Assembly: GCF_009914755.1 (NCBI RefSeq)
Contig: NC_060941.1
Length of the DNA stretch: 64,000 nucleotides
Direction: 5' to 3' (one strand)
Source: the human T2T-CHM13v2.0 reference genome, Homo sapiens
Shown: piece by piece, positions 15,500 to 29,880 of the stretch
How positions within the stretch are numbered: position 1 is the first letter of the stretch
How the letters are laid out: the number at the start of each line of letters is the position of its first letter
Notes under the pieces: model-generated
The model's database searches: none
Seen by the model: only the letters and a program-made list of their open reading frames with translations
What the model was told of the DNA's origin: nothing
Translations under genes and position numbers: made by a program

Positions 15500-16170
15500 A
15501 AAAATTTAAAATTTGTGGGTACATAGTAGATGTATATATTTATGGGGTACATGAGATGTTTTGACACAGGCATGCAATGTGAAGTAAGCACATCATGGAG
15601 AATGGGGTATCCATACCCTCAAGCATTTATCCTTTGCGTTACAAACAATCCAATTATACTCTTTTAGTTATTTTTAAGTATATGATTAAATTATTATTGA
15701 CTAGAGTCACCCTGTTGTGCTATAAAATACTAGGCCTTATTCATTCTTTCTGTATCTATTTTTTGTACCTATTAACCATTCCCACTCCCTTTCCCAGCCT
15801 CTGGTAACCATCATTTGACTACGTCCATGAGTTCAACTGTTTTAATTTTCAGATCCCACAAATAAATGAGAACATGCAATGTGTGTCTTTCTGTGCCTGG
15901 CTTATTTTATTTAGCATAGTGATCTCCAGTTCCATCTACGTTGTTGCAAATGACAGGTTTTCATTCCTTTTTATGGCTGAATAGTACTCCATTGTGTATA
16001 TGTACCTCATTTTCTTTATCCATTCATCTGTTGATGGACACTTAGGTTTCTTCCAAATCTTGGCTATTGTGAACAGTGCTGTAACAAACATGAGAGTGTG
16101 GATATCTCTTTGATATACTTATTTCCTTTTGTGGGGGTAGCAAAGGTGAGATTGATGGATTGTATGGTAG
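15500..16170 (-). mobile_element. L1MA-like 3' end
   Basis: gtgggtacatagtagatgtatatatttatggggtacatgag...; L1 3' consensus text. Confidence 0.75.
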
Positions 16171-17061
16171 TACAAACCTTAATTTGATCTATCATCAGTT
16201 ACCTCACTACATTGCAAGTCATCTGGTATGATGAGTTTTGAAGTTTCTTTACTTCTCTGTTCTCTTACTCCCTCCTAAAACTCAGCACCCCTCTGAGACA
16301 TTACAGCATATAAAACTTGCTTGTCTAAAGATGTGTTTGTGTAGATAAGGCCCTGGGAGGGGAAAAAAGGGTGCCAAAGACTACATCCCCCATCTCATAT
16401 CTTTGCCTGTGGATACCATTGTTGATTTTCCTGATTTGGAAGACCTCTGGGGGAGGAAAAAATCACAATTCATCTTGACAACCAGCTTCCTTACTCATGA
16501 CTGGGTTCATAAATGACATATTATGTCTGTGTTAGATCATATCCACCCACAGTCAGAGTTTGATGTGACTCAGCCTGACAGGGTCCTTCCTAAGCTGAAA
16601 GACACTGGATGCCTCCTGGGTAGTTTGGCCGGGTGATGACTTGCAGGAATGGCTGGATGGGAGTGCTGTAGGACACTCCGATAGATGATAAAAATTATTG
16701 AGAGGGATCAGCAGCAAGACCTGAGCTACAGTGAGCCTGGTACTTTACTTTAGGATCAAGTGGAATAGGCTTACAAAATTGTAACAGAGAATGCCAGGAG
16801 CTGGGTGGGGAAACCAGAGGTGGCAATTCAAAGAGATAATTTGTCTACCTATGAACTCAAGGTCAGCTGGGCTGGTGGGTAGCCAATATTCTGTAGTGAA
16901 GACATCTTTTTAAAGGTGGGAATTCAGGTCACTTGCTCATTCTTGGGAACATCCTATTCTTTGTCATCCAGATAATTGGCTAGCCTACTCAAATATAATA
17001 GATAATGAAACACAGTGACACCTCAGTGGGCTACAGTTTCCTCAGCTGTCTAATAATAACA

Positions 17062-17411
17062 CAAGTTGAGAATCCCTAATCTGAAAATCTGAAATCTGAA
17101 ATGCTCCAAAATTCAAAACTCTTTGAGTGCCAACATGACACTACAAGTGGAAAATTCCATACCTGACCTCATGTGAAGGGTCACATTCAAAACATAGGCA
17201 CACAACACAGAGTTTATTAAAAACATTGAATAAAAATATCTTCAGGCTCTGTGTAAAAGGTGCACATGAAACAAACGAATTTCATGTTTAGACTTGGGTC
17301 CCATCCCCAATATATCTCATTATGTAAATGCAAATATTCCAAAATCTGAAAAAATCGAGAATCCGAAACACTTCTGGTCCCAAACGTTTCAGATAAGGGA
17401 TGCTCAATCTA
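17062..17411. mobile_element. Tigger4/MER46-like DNA transposon
   Basis: TIRs caagttgagaatccctaatctgaaa / tttcagataagggatgctcaatct. Confidence 0.7.
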
Positions 17412-18852
17412 TAATAGGAATAGTAACAACTATTTCAAAGTCTGCTTGGGACATTTAAACATGCTAATACATATAAATTACATGGGAAATATCTGGTTTT
17501 GTCCAAGAAATTTTTGAAGGAAGCAGGACTGCTGAAACGTGGCTTGAAAAAAACAATGGTATGATGTGCTTTGGAGAAGACAGGGCAATCTCCTTCACAT
17601 CCCCAAACCTCTGTAGCTTTCAGGCAGCATGCAAGAAGCACTCAACAGCTCTCATAGCTCTTTCTGAGGAAGCACAGAGGTTAAAGCAAGGCAGAAGTTG
17701 TTGAATTACCTGGAGGATGGACACATCAAACAATGAACAATGTAGACTGGAGAAAGTTTGACAGTATGGACTTTCCTGCAGCAGCCTAAAGAGACTCTGC
17801 AACCCTGGGTGTGTCATCACCTACAGAAGGGTCTGGGGCCAAGCTAAACACCACCCCAAGACAATTACATGGGTCACCTGGGCTGTGGTGACCACATACG
17901 TAGAAACTGCTAGCAACTAGAGAAAGCATGATGTCTCCCCAGCACCAGTTCCATAGGAAGAGCTCCAGCTCTCCATTCTTCCATTCTGCCTCCAGCATAG
18001 CAGTGCTTTACTCAGAAGGGGAGGGAAAGGGGATTGTCTGAGAGCTAGGACACCCTCCCTTTTCTATTCCATGTGTTAGACTGCAAAGGGAAATGGAAGA
18101 GCAAATCACACCACAACTACCCACCCTCTTCCATGCCCCTTAGGCCACAATTTGACCCTGCAAAGTTTAAATTGAATAGAAAATTGAAGTTTGGGACTGC
18201 ACTAGAATGATCCTTCATAACAAAAAGTAACCAAGAAGCTATAGAATATGGCCAGGGTGTCATTTTCACCAGACGAAGTGTGTTTCAACATAACAAGATG
18301 AAAGAGGTGACCTGAAGACATAGAAGTGCACACCCACATCTCTACCCCAGATCTTCTGCCTCTGGGCATCTAAGCAGGCCTGAGAAATTAGATTTTAAAC
18401 AAGAACTGCCTTAGTTCTCATTCAGCCAGTCCCCAGATCTAATAAAGCTGAACATTATTTAATGGAAACTTCTTTTGATGCATCCCAAGAAAAATAGTTT
18501 TAATAGCAATAATAATGAGAAATATAATTTACTGAGCACCTGCAGTTGTCCTATTTTAGGTGCCTCATCACTCGTTCCTACAATAACTGGTCCAACTTAG
18601 CCAGGTGCTCACATTGCCTCATTTACTTCTTAAGAAACTTTTGTGATAAAGTCTTTAATCTGTTTTTTGTAAATTGATGACCTATAGCCTGTAGAAGTCA
18701 AGTTGCTTAAGAAGGTCACATAGTCTGACCTTTAAGTCTGTTTCAACAATGTCCCACTACCTAGGGCCACAGATGGTGACAGATCTAGACCAAAAGTCAT
18801 AATGAGTTGTATTTTTCTGTTGCTCTATTGACACCAAGTCATCTGAATAAGG

Positions 18853-19013
18853 TTATAATATTGTGTGGTCAATTCTAAATTGTGTGTGTGTGTGTGTGTG
18901 TGTGTTATAATGTTGCGTGGTCATTTCTAAATTGTGTGTGTGTATGTATATTACATATACAGTGATTTATATATATATAAAATATTGCACACAGATTTAT
19001 ATGTGTGTGTGTG

Positions 19014-19049
<36 letters not shown>
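18853..19049. repeat. (TG)n tracts and a compound (TG)n(TA)n(CA)n microsatellite
   Basis: Seen directly. Confidence 0.9.
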
Positions 19050-19157
19050 AGTTTAAGAATAGATTCACAAAAAGTAATATAACATTATTTTAGCATTTCA
19101 AGAATTTTCTTGAAAACTTATCATGGCACAGTATAAATGAGATATAATTATACTTAC

Positions 19158-19295
19158 TTCAAAAAATGTGCTTCTGTCAGTCTGAATGTGTTCTGACGAA
19201 TTAAAAATTCCAAGTAGTCCATTGCTAATGACATCCAGGAGGACAGGAAAGCAATTCAGCCGTTTTGTATTACATGCTATTGAAAATCTGTGATC
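19158..19295 (-). CDS. ABCA9: ABCA9 exon 22
   Basis: [26 protein letters not shown]...DRSTFFE; 138 nt. Confidence 0.95.
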
Positions 19296-20560
19296 CTGAA
19301 ATACAACAAGTACCAATTCGAAGTCTTCATAAAGCAAAGACAAAATTTAATGAGTGAACATGTTAGAAAATCATTCAAGTTACTGATAATATAATAAGTC
19401 CCAAGCACTGAATGTGATTAATATCACTATCACTCATAATATTTGATTAATTCTTAAGTATACTTAAAGAATCCGGTATTTTGGTTTCTACCCACCATAA
19501 CATCAACCATGTGGCTATTTATGCCCAAACATCACAAAACAAAATACTTCAAATGATATTTAGCAGCAACACTACGAAACTCCATAGTGCAACCTCAGTT
19601 TAACCTGGCTATAGACTTTGTTTCAAAATGTGACACATTCATTTTATAAGTATATAATGTTTGGATACTTGAGAAATAGGAGGCAGGCAGAAAGTTGTAA
19701 TGAAAGTATAGGTTTTCATAAATCCTGTGCTTACTTGTAAAGTCTCCCTTAAAATAACGTGTGTGTGTGTGTGTATAATGTGATTATTTTTCCCTCAGAG
19801 AAAAATATAAGTAAATTCATTATCCATATTGCCCAAAATGTGGGCAAGCTTTGAGAACACATTTTTGCAATCATAAATAAATCAAGTGTATTGTATTTAA
19901 CCTAATTACCTAAAGCAATGTTTATTGATGTTAAAACTATTTTACTGAGCATACTGAAAAATAAACTTAAGATATAATGAGAACTATCTTGAAGGTAATT
20001 TCTTACTTTATTTTTGGCATGGAGTTTATTCCTGAAAATTAACTGTGACAAATTACAAATGGCCACACTTCGTGACACCTAACAGCTATGATTTATGCAT
20101 TTAACATAATTATCTCATCTTTTCAATTTGCCTACTGTAGAGATCTCTGACTCAAATTCCTACAGGGTCTAGGCAGGTGATATGAATGAGCAAAGCAGTA
20201 TGCAGACATAGAAATCAGAAAAGCAAAGGCCAAGTCTACATTGGGCAGTTGTTCTCAGTTCCAACTGAGAATGAGATTTAATTTAATTATTGGAATGGAA
20301 TCCAATTGATAATAACGATCTAAATAAATTATTATAGCAGTGCATTCAACTTAATCAGGAATAAAATCAAATAAATTTCATTTCATATTGCCATGCTGAA
20401 GGCTATGGGGAAATAATTGTAGTCCAGCTTCTTCTATAAAAATGAGAACTATCCCATTTGTTTGTGTGAAATTGGCCTTTCATTCAGCTGATATGAATTA
20501 TTCAAATTGTACACCCATAGTCCACCTTTGGTGAAATGCAGCAACTGGAGTCCAGCATAC

Positions 20561-20694
20561 CTTTTCATCACCTGACACAATGATAGCACCATTGTAAGAT
20601 GGGTCATCTGTGCCATTTCTAGTTCCAAAGGCATCCACTTCTATAGCTATGTTCTGTCGCCTCAGTGAATGTAAAAAGTTATCAATGGTTGACC
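20561..20694 (-). CDS. ABCA9: ABCA9 exon 21
   Basis: [11 protein letters not shown]...[16 protein letters not shown]; 134 nt. Confidence 0.95.
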
Positions 20695-21317
20695 CTACAT
20701 GAAGGCAAAGATTAAAGGAAGCAAAAATGAAATAAAACAATAGTCAAGTAATATTAAAAATACATTACATCACACAAAGCATATCACACAAAAGGACTGT
20801 CTAAGGCTTTTCTTAAAAAAGCAGAATTGATGTTCTGGTACAACAATCCAGTCTAACATCATAGGTATGACAAGGTTACTTTATCTAGAGCCTAGGCATT
20901 TCATTATAATTTCTATTAGTATAGAAATAAGAATTGCTGTTAACATTATAATCCTTGAAGCTATTAATAGTCTATCTATCTTTTTAAATTTGAAACATTT
21001 TTTTCCAGAGCCCAGCACAGCACAGATTTACAAAATGATACACAAAGACCTCAGAGGTGAGTCAATGATTTACCTCCCTACCTCCTCTTTAGTTGCTTTG
21101 TGCAACAAACATTAAGGTTAAGTAAACTTGCAGAATCTATTTCTAAAACAAACTCTCCCATGTCGTATTTTTCATTTTTTAATTTATTTTCTGTTTGGCC
21201 TCATATATGCTTTCTAAAACATACAGAGTTTATTTTTTTCTTGGCTGTTCATGTTTTTTGGGGGGAATCTCTCAACAAGAACAACATTTAACAGCTGCAT
21301 TTCAGCCCCATGTTCAC

Positions 21318-21484
21318 CTGTCTTATTGATGACCAGTAAATGGGTCAGAGGATCCTGTGGTTGTTGTCCTGGTGAGAGGAAGTATGTATTTGGAGACAGT
21401 TCCCACGGGTAACTTTTCTGATATGACTCGTAGAATAGATGTTCCAAAAGTTGAGGGATAAAGCTAATACCAAAAAGCAATAAT
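21318..21484 (-). CDS. ABCA9: ABCA9 exon 20
   Basis: [16 protein letters not shown]...THLLVINKT; 167 nt. Confidence 0.95.
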
Positions 21485-22744
21485 CTATGCAGAGGAAAAT
21501 GTAAAAGAAAAAAATAATTTTAGCAACTTTTGTGGGTTTTTAAGTTTGAAGGTATAATGAATATAATAACAGAAATAAATTATAATCAATAACCAAACAT
21601 TTGAATCATACTTTGCCCCACTTCCTTGTTTCTAAAATGAGATGGGTCATATGTATCTACCTTTAGTCTTTTGCTCTCTCTCAAGTGCCAAGCAGGACAC
21701 CTTGGCTTCGGGTTTATGAAGTCTGTGGATTATGACTCTTAAATCTCTCTTCACAATCCCTAACTCATTGCCTTATTTCAGTCATGCATTTCTTTCTTTT
21801 TCTGCACTACTGAAATTGGCATATCACTAACACCCATACTTACTACACTCTGAACTTTATCCCATCCTGTTTCCAATTTCTGTAAATTACAGCATTTTCT
21901 CATTCCCCTGGGCACCAAGAGCTCAATCATTTTCCACCCATTTCTCTCCCTTAAGTTTATTTTCTAATATTTGGAAATTCATATCTATCATAGCATCTTT
22001 ATTGCTTGCCTCCAAACCTTGTTCTCTCTTCCTCTTCTTAAGTTGGGCTTTTATTAACTCCTTCCTGACTCTTCAATATTGTTCTAAATGTTTGTTTTCA
22101 TTGTCTCCATATTCTACCATTACCAAACAATTTTGCACAATTACCCAATTAAGCTTCTTAACATTTTGTTGACATTATGTCAATTACCTATTGAAAATAA
22201 AAAATACAGTCTTAATACTTCCTTAGTATTCATAAAATGCAAACTCCTTAGCTCTTTGAATATATTTCAAAAATATTTTTACTTTTTCATACACTTTATG
22301 TTGCAATTAACTCAGATTAATAGTTCTTTAGATTTCTCATGTATCCCCATATTCAGTACTACTCCCTCAGCCTGAATTTCCATTCTCCTCTCTCTTCTTC
22401 AAAATCTCCCTGAGCTTTCTATTTTGACATAATCTCCCTCCTACTAAATGCCATAGTTCACAGGATTGTCTGTTATTTACTATATGTCTAATCACCCTCA
22501 AGGGTGGACTGTCATGTCTGATTTCTTTTGATATATGTTATAATCACTTAATAATAGAGTGTTGCATAGAGGTGCTCACTAATATTTTTGGATGAATGAA
22601 TGTTCTCAGTGAATGAGTGTTCCTGATGATAAGGCTGAAGCTCTGGGGGTACATGTGAACCTTATAGTGGGTTCCAGATATGATCGTGAAGCCAAGGCAG
22701 ACTCTTTTATAGAGCCTCAAGACTGTAACATGGAAATTGTGCCT

Positions 22745-22832
22745 AAGTTTCCAGTCTTCCAACTACAACATTAACTCTAACCCAAGTTTCCAGTCTTCCA
22801 ACTACAGCATTAACTCTAACCCAAGTTTCCAG
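22745..22832. repeat. 39-bp tandem duplication within an MLT2-like LTR remnant
   Basis: aagtttccagtcttccaactacaRcattaactctaaccc x2 plus a partial third copy. Confidence 0.85.
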
Positions 22833-23292
22833 CCTGGTGTTCTGCCTTGTGGATTTCAGATTTGCCAAGCCCCACAATTACATAATGAAATTCCTTAAAG
22901 TAAGTATGTTTATATATGTATATCCTATTGGTTTCATTTCCCTGGGGAACCCTGACAGCTACAGATTTTGATACCTTGGGAAAAGAGGAAATGGGTCTTT
23001 AGGATGGGACCTAAGTACTAATATCCACGTGCTTTTGAAGAACTACTTCAACCCATTGGTAAAAACAAAATCTGTGTGAAATTTAAAAAAAGAACAATCC
23101 CAACCCGTATCTGTTTTAATTATATATCCACATGATTAAAAATGGTTTCTTTAATTAAAAAATGATTTCTTTGTTTAAAAGACAATGTGCATTTACTGAA
23201 ATTTATTTTATCTGAGTTTCTTTTATGTTTTGCTCTCTTAAATTTATTTTTAGTTCACAGACAAAACAAATCTGAAACACTCAGATACTCAC

Positions 23293-23491
23293 ATAGTCCA
23301 CAGGCTTTTTCTTTCTTTCTTTAACTTTAGGAAGCGAACTTTTGCTATTGCACAGACCTGCTGCCTCCAGAGCGCCACGCCACTGATTGTTTTCCTTGTT
23401 TCGTGGAAGGAAGACAAAACTTGTTCCAGCTCAACAAGGCTTCCTATATCTTTTGCCCCATCAGTTTGTAATTGTCCCCAAATTCCAATAT
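23293..23491 (-). CDS. ABCA9: ABCA9 exon 19
   Basis: [12 protein letters not shown]...[26 protein letters not shown]; 199 nt. Confidence 0.95.
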
Positions 23492-24646
23492 CTAAAACAT
23501 AAGATCAATATTTTATAAAGTGCCATTTTAGTTATGCATTATTTAGCTTTTCCTATGATAAATTTTCCTACAAAGGTGTCAAAGTTACCCTCTTGGGCCA
23601 AGATACAAGTAATCTAATGTATGACATTATTAGAGCAACTATTGAAGAAATGGGAAAGAAGCAGAAAGTATTGATATAATAAAAGAAAATCTTGTGTTTT
23701 CTGATTTTAAACGTCCTCTGTCTGCAGCTTTATAGGACTTTATTTATTCTAAGGAAATCAATGAAAAAAAACTCATTAAGAAATCTATTTGTTGTAAAAG
23801 ATAAACCACTTAGTATTTCTGACCAAGGTAGGAGAGTTAGTATATACAGAAACCCCTCCTCTACCCTTCAAGAACATAAAAATGGGAGAAACGATATTTT
23901 TAAAATATAACCATGGTTAAAAGCAAGATAAAAGTTACCTGTTTTGAGGTGAAGCCTAGAGAAAATGACTAACTCTGGCTACTAGAAAGCTATAAAATAT
24001 GTACATACATTAAAATTTAGTATAACACTAAAAAAGTAACAAGTATATAACTTCAAAAATGAATAAGAGAGGAAAAGGAGGATTAAAGAAAAATGCTTGA
24101 TCAATCCAAAAAGACCCCCAGAAAATTGCAAAAATGAAAATAAAGAGCACAGTAAAGAGTAAACACCATAAGATGATAGTGAACCAGTAAAAAAAATTAT
24201 CTTAGCAGCAATAAGAGAGAAAAGACAGAATGCTTCCCAAGGAATAAAGATGAGACAGAGAGCAAACTTTCCAAAAGCAACAACTAAATCCCAGATACAT
24301 TGGAATAATATCACTGAAATGCTACCAGAAAAGTAGCATTTCTGTGAACTCTAATTTTCTTTTCTCTATAGCATGTATATTCAGGTAATATCATACCATA
24401 TATTTATTGTTTGCTGCATAAGGAACTAGTGTTGTACATTGCTATATTCCACAGAGATATATTTCTTCTCTAAGTTTTCCCAAGACAAGCCTGAATCATA
24501 GCACCAACAAAAGTATATAATCTCATCATTTGGGCATATTTTCAAGATAAAATACTGCACACAAAGATAAAATCTTTCTTTCGTCCTTCCTTCCTTCCTT
24601 CCTTTCTTTCTTTCTCCCTTTCTTTCTCTTTCTTATTTTTTCTTAC

Positions 24647-24766
24647 CTGATTCATCAATAGTTGATTTTCCTTCTAATTTCAGAAACACCTCATTCAAAG
24701 TTGTTATGGAAACACCATAATCCTCAATGCCTTGGTTAGAACATCTATCAAGATCCCTGTAAAGTT
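24647..24766 (-). CDS. ABCA9: ABCA9 exon 18
   Basis: [40 protein letters not shown]; 120 nt. Confidence 0.95.
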
Positions 24767-25143
24767 CTAAAAGTGGATACAAAAACAGATTATAAGAATA
24801 TAATTTATAATGAGAACCATATTTCTCAAAAATGTAAAATATTGGTAATAGGCCAAATGTACTAATCAGAAACAAAATTGTGATACAGATGATCTCATTT
24901 CTAAAATGATCCATATAGTATGTTACTTTTCATGTCTTTTTGAGATCAAAGTCTAATCTAAACATTTATTTTTTCACTCTTAGGAAACTACCTATGTGTT
25001 TTTTGAAAAACATATTTTAATATATTTTTTAAAATTTATTTTTGTTATATTACAGGGAGTGTTTAATTCTCAATTTCAACTAATTAAAAAAATATTTTCC
25101 AGAGAATAGAGATTTGTGCTTTCTTGTTGAGATTAATTATTAG

Positions 25144-25572
<429 letters not shown>

Positions 25573-27118
25573 CATAAATATGTAAAGTTTTTAAAAGGAC
25601 AAAATATGTATGTAACTTTGCACCTCCTCTCTCTGTCTCTCTCTCCCTCTCTCTTTCAACTTCTGACCATGGTGTGAAAATTCAGGAAAACTGAAAGGTG
25701 GATAAAAGATAAACTAATTCAATATTGGGATAAATTAAAGACTTCAATCTTAATTATGTGTTGGACAAAGAAAAATAGAGATGTAGTCAAAATTTCTAAT
25801 GAGTCCTTAAACTTACCTAAGGGTTAATTGTTTTTCAGTCTTTCTCCAAATTTCTCATCCACTTTGGAATGCATTTAATAAGCAATCAGCTAAAACTTTG
25901 CTGTGTGATCTTCACAAAGATTTCTGTTTTTATAAGGATACATATCTCAAAGATATTGTGTATGCACTGTGAACCATTATTTCACTTATTCTAAGAGATA
26001 TATTTCATCATCTTTTAATATATCTGAAATAATAATGGATCTTAAATGATAGTAGATCATATTTTAAATGGTAGCATTATTTCTTTGTGTTTCTTTCTTA
26101 GTGGTACATCCTGTAGTTGAGGGCTTCTTACACCTGATGAAATACCATAGGTTCTGCATGTCAGGTATTGTTCCAGTGCTTTATTTATATTTAATATTTC
26201 AATACATTTGAAGGTATTAAATCATTTAATCCTCATAACAACCCTAGAGTACTATTTTAATTTTCTTTTCACAAGTGAGGAAACTGAGATACAGAATAGT
26301 ACTATAACCTGTTAAGGATTATAGAGCTAATAATAGCATAGCTGGTGTTTGAATCTAGACTGGCTCTAGCATTGAGTTTCAATCTCTGCACTTTATTGTC
26401 TGGTTCTGTGTTTCTTTATGGACCAAGGTTATGTCATGCTTATTGATTCAAGCATGCAGCAATGGCCCCGGTATAATTTCTTGAACTTGATATGGCAAAC
26501 ACATTTTTACAGAGTAAACTTAAGAAGCATTCTACCTCAAAACGCTTAGGAAGTGAAACAGTGCATTGGGAGATACCATAGAAAAGTAATAACACCAGTA
26601 GTTCTCCAAGCTTCTGTGTTTGCAGCAAAGTTGTACATTGAAGTGTTTGGCAGAATGCACGCCAATCCAAGTTATGTTCAATAACTTGGATTATATCAGT
26701 ATGTGCTGGTGTTTCTAAAACAACCTATTTATTGTGTACAATTCTTTCAGCTCTTCTTCGATAGTCTGCCACTGTATTTATATACCTGTTCCTGCCCTGA
26801 CCACACTCTCTCATTCATTACTGAAACAAATTTTCCAAATAATTCTTATTTTATCTTGCTGCTAGCCTACGCCTCTTAATTGCACTTAATTGACTTGAAG
26901 CATATTTAACATCTACATGCCTTGGTTTACTCATAAGTAGCATATGGATAATACTAAGGGGTAATATTATAAGTGACCTTGGAGTTGGGAATATTAAATG
27001 AGTAAACGCATTGTGCCATTCATCTAGCAAGCATTAAAACTAGCCATCATTCTTATCACCACTGTTATTGTTAATAACACCATTCCAAAACCATTCTGTC
27101 ATCTTTACATTTTGTTAC

Positions 27119-27258
27119 CTGGAAATTTGTTTGTCCTTTCCAAAGGCAAAATATATACAAGTTTTTCTTCACTTTGTGCTGTCAATTTGGCATCAGAGAT
27201 GTGCTGCTTAACCAGTGATGTTATACTCTCTGGATCACACCTTTCATTCAGATGCAAA
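27119..27258 (-). CDS. ABCA9: ABCA9 exon 17
   Basis: [20 protein letters not shown]...[10 protein letters not shown]; 140 nt. Confidence 0.95.
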
Positions 27259-28449
27259 CTAACATTTAAAAAGAATAAAAGTTATTTTTATCCAACTGTG
27301 TCTATAAAACAATTTCCTAATTATGTAGTATGTGCTTGTCACTTTATTAATATTTATGAGACAAAAAAATGTGTAGTTTACTGGACAAAGTAAGATGTAA
27401 AACTACTAATAAAGTCCAAACCATTAAATCTATGCAACATGGCAGAAGAATTAGTATAAGGGATGATTAGAGTGGGAAGAGGTAACTCAAGGACTCTTAT
27501 TTGGAGAAATGAGATATTAAGCCAGATCTTGCCTGGGGTGAGGTAAAGGGAAATGTTTAATTTGTCAGCATCTACTCAAAAACCCAACCTCCCAACCTTG
27601 AACTTTCCCTTTGTAGTAATGTATGAGTTCTGCCGAAACTCAGACTTGAGCATGAGAAAACAAAAAATGGAGGTGATGTGATACAGTCATTAAGAATGTG
27701 GCCCCATGTCATGCTAATGCAGATTCTGCTAAAGCTAATTTTATCATTTTGGGGCCCAAAATTTATTCAAGTGAAATCTGGCCTGTCTTTATTAAGAATA
27801 TATAAAATTACTCATGAAATTATTTGATTTTTGAAACTCCACTGTTAATCACATACATTGAAAGGTGCTGAGGTGACAGAGTGGTGAGAAGATCACAACT
27901 GACTGATGATACAAACCTAAAAAATCAGTTTGAAAAAAAGGCTATTCTGTACTTACAAGGTATAGTACTTACAAGTGCTATCAAGAATACCAAATAGGAA
28001 GAATGCAGTACCTTCTCTAAAGAAGCTTCCAACATAAAAATAATATAAAGCAGCATATGACAGAAGATGTGAGGGAGAAGGAAGTTGAGTTAACTCAGTT
28101 GAGCACTTTGCAGCTTGTCAAGTATTCATTCACTCAATATTTCTTAGCCTTAACTGCAAAGTAGGTATTATTACTGCTATTACATAAATGAAGTTACTGA
28201 GGATCAAAGAAGTTAATTAAGTTGCCTAAGGCAACAGTTCAAAATAGTGCTTTCAGCGTTCCAGAAAAGAGGATACTCATTAAGGAGAAAATACTTTCAG
28301 AAATGGTTAAGACTTGGACATGGTTAAATGGGTTGAAGAAGAACATGTTTGACAGATATCCTCTCTCAAGCAGAAACAAGACAACTGAACTATGAAACAT
28401 AGCTAGAGAATAGTGAGTATTCAATAGAGGGTATTGATTCTACTAGATT

Positions 28450-28513
28450 GTAACAAGTAGTAATGATAGATTGGTAGATTTGTAACAAGTAGTAATGATA
28501 GATTGGTAGATTT
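28450..28513. repeat. Perfect 32-bp tandem duplication
   Basis: gtaacaagtagtaatgatagattggtagattt x2. Confidence 0.9.
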
Positions 28514-29281
28514 GATCAGATTAGCCACTTTGAGTAAAAAATGAGGGGATCCATTTATCCATCAGGATGAAGTGATTTGAATCATTTTTTAAAAAATATC
28601 TACATTGCAATGCAAAATATAGGAAGCCATTCATATCACACCTGTAATTTTGAAACAAAGACTATCATTTACAAGTCGTGGAGATTGGCAGATTGTTAAA
28701 ACTATCTGAAGTGGTATTTTCACTTGTCAAAGGGGAATAACAATAGTATCTTCTTAAAGTTATTTAGAGGATTGAATACAATAATATGAATATTCTATAT
28801 GTAAATATCTTAGTAAGTACCTAAAACATAGCCAATACTTAAAAAGTAGTAGACATTACTCAGTAATGATAATAATTATTATCAGTAAGAGAAAAAAAAC
28901 ACAAAAGGATGGTGGAAAGAAATGAAGTCAGGGAGAATACAGGGTATTGAAATTGTCAAGATGAACAAAAATAAAACATCTAAAATATGAGAAGAGAAAG
29001 GGTCGGAATATCAACAAATTACTCTTAGCAAGCAACACGTTGTGAAAATATTTTTCAAAAATTTTATTTAAGCCTAGATTAATCATCCTTGCATGCTCAA
29101 TGTCTATAATCTCATATATCCTGCATTCTAGCTAAAAAAGCAATTATGCCTTAGTTCTACCATAGCTCCCTTGAAATGAACTTAGTGGTTATAGGGCCTA
29201 CTTTTACACATTGATGCTGATACCACCTGCCTCCAGCATTTTCAGCATCTGTCAACACGTCTCCAACATTCAGGGCTGTAC

Positions 29282-29372
29282 CTTAAATGGTAGCCTATGC
29301 CCCATTTCTTCTTAAGGAACAGAGAAGAGCCTGCACACTTCAGCTTCCCATTGGATATGAACACCTTCCTGT
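29282..29372 (-). CDS. ABCA9: ABCA9 exon 16
   Basis: [30 protein letters not shown]; 91 nt. Confidence 0.95.
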
Positions 29373-29880
29373 CTAGTTAGAAATAATCAAAAGATAAGTT
29401 ACATGAAGGACTTATTTCTTTACTATTCACAAAACACAAATCTATTAACAATGTATTGTAGCAGCATGACACACTAAAATAGATATACTCTAATTCTGGC
29501 CATACGTAAACCACTTTTTTTTGTCATCCAACAGCTCGAATGAGTGATAAATTATGTCAACTTATTCTTTAGCGTATTGAGAAAAATTATACATTTAAAG
29601 GATCTGTTTCAGTTACACTGACATCAAGACTGCCTAAAACAAATTGTATCTTAGAAAGTGTGATATGTATTTTACAACCAGAAAGCTGCTCTGCAATGGG
29701 CTCAGAATATTTCCATGGGGCCAAGTACTCTGGCATGCAGACCCACAAATGAGTAAGAGCAAAATTCTCCTGTCTTGGGCCATGGCAGTTCCAGGGAGAC
29801 ACAGCTGTGGAGCATACCTGTTCATATTCCACACTGTCTCTAACCTCTCATGAAGATACATAAGAGAAACAAAAAATTAC

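Noticed and set aside
16300-18450. Relatively GC-richer intron 22 sequence with short ORFs (17435-17998)
   Set aside because: No homology or exon structure that I can recognise; may be ancient repeat or enhancer, which cannot be supported from sequence alone.
24345-24390. 13-nt plus-strand micro-exon candidate (tag|catgtatattcag|gtaata)
   Set aside because: Too short and too likely by chance in AT-rich sequence without transcript evidence.
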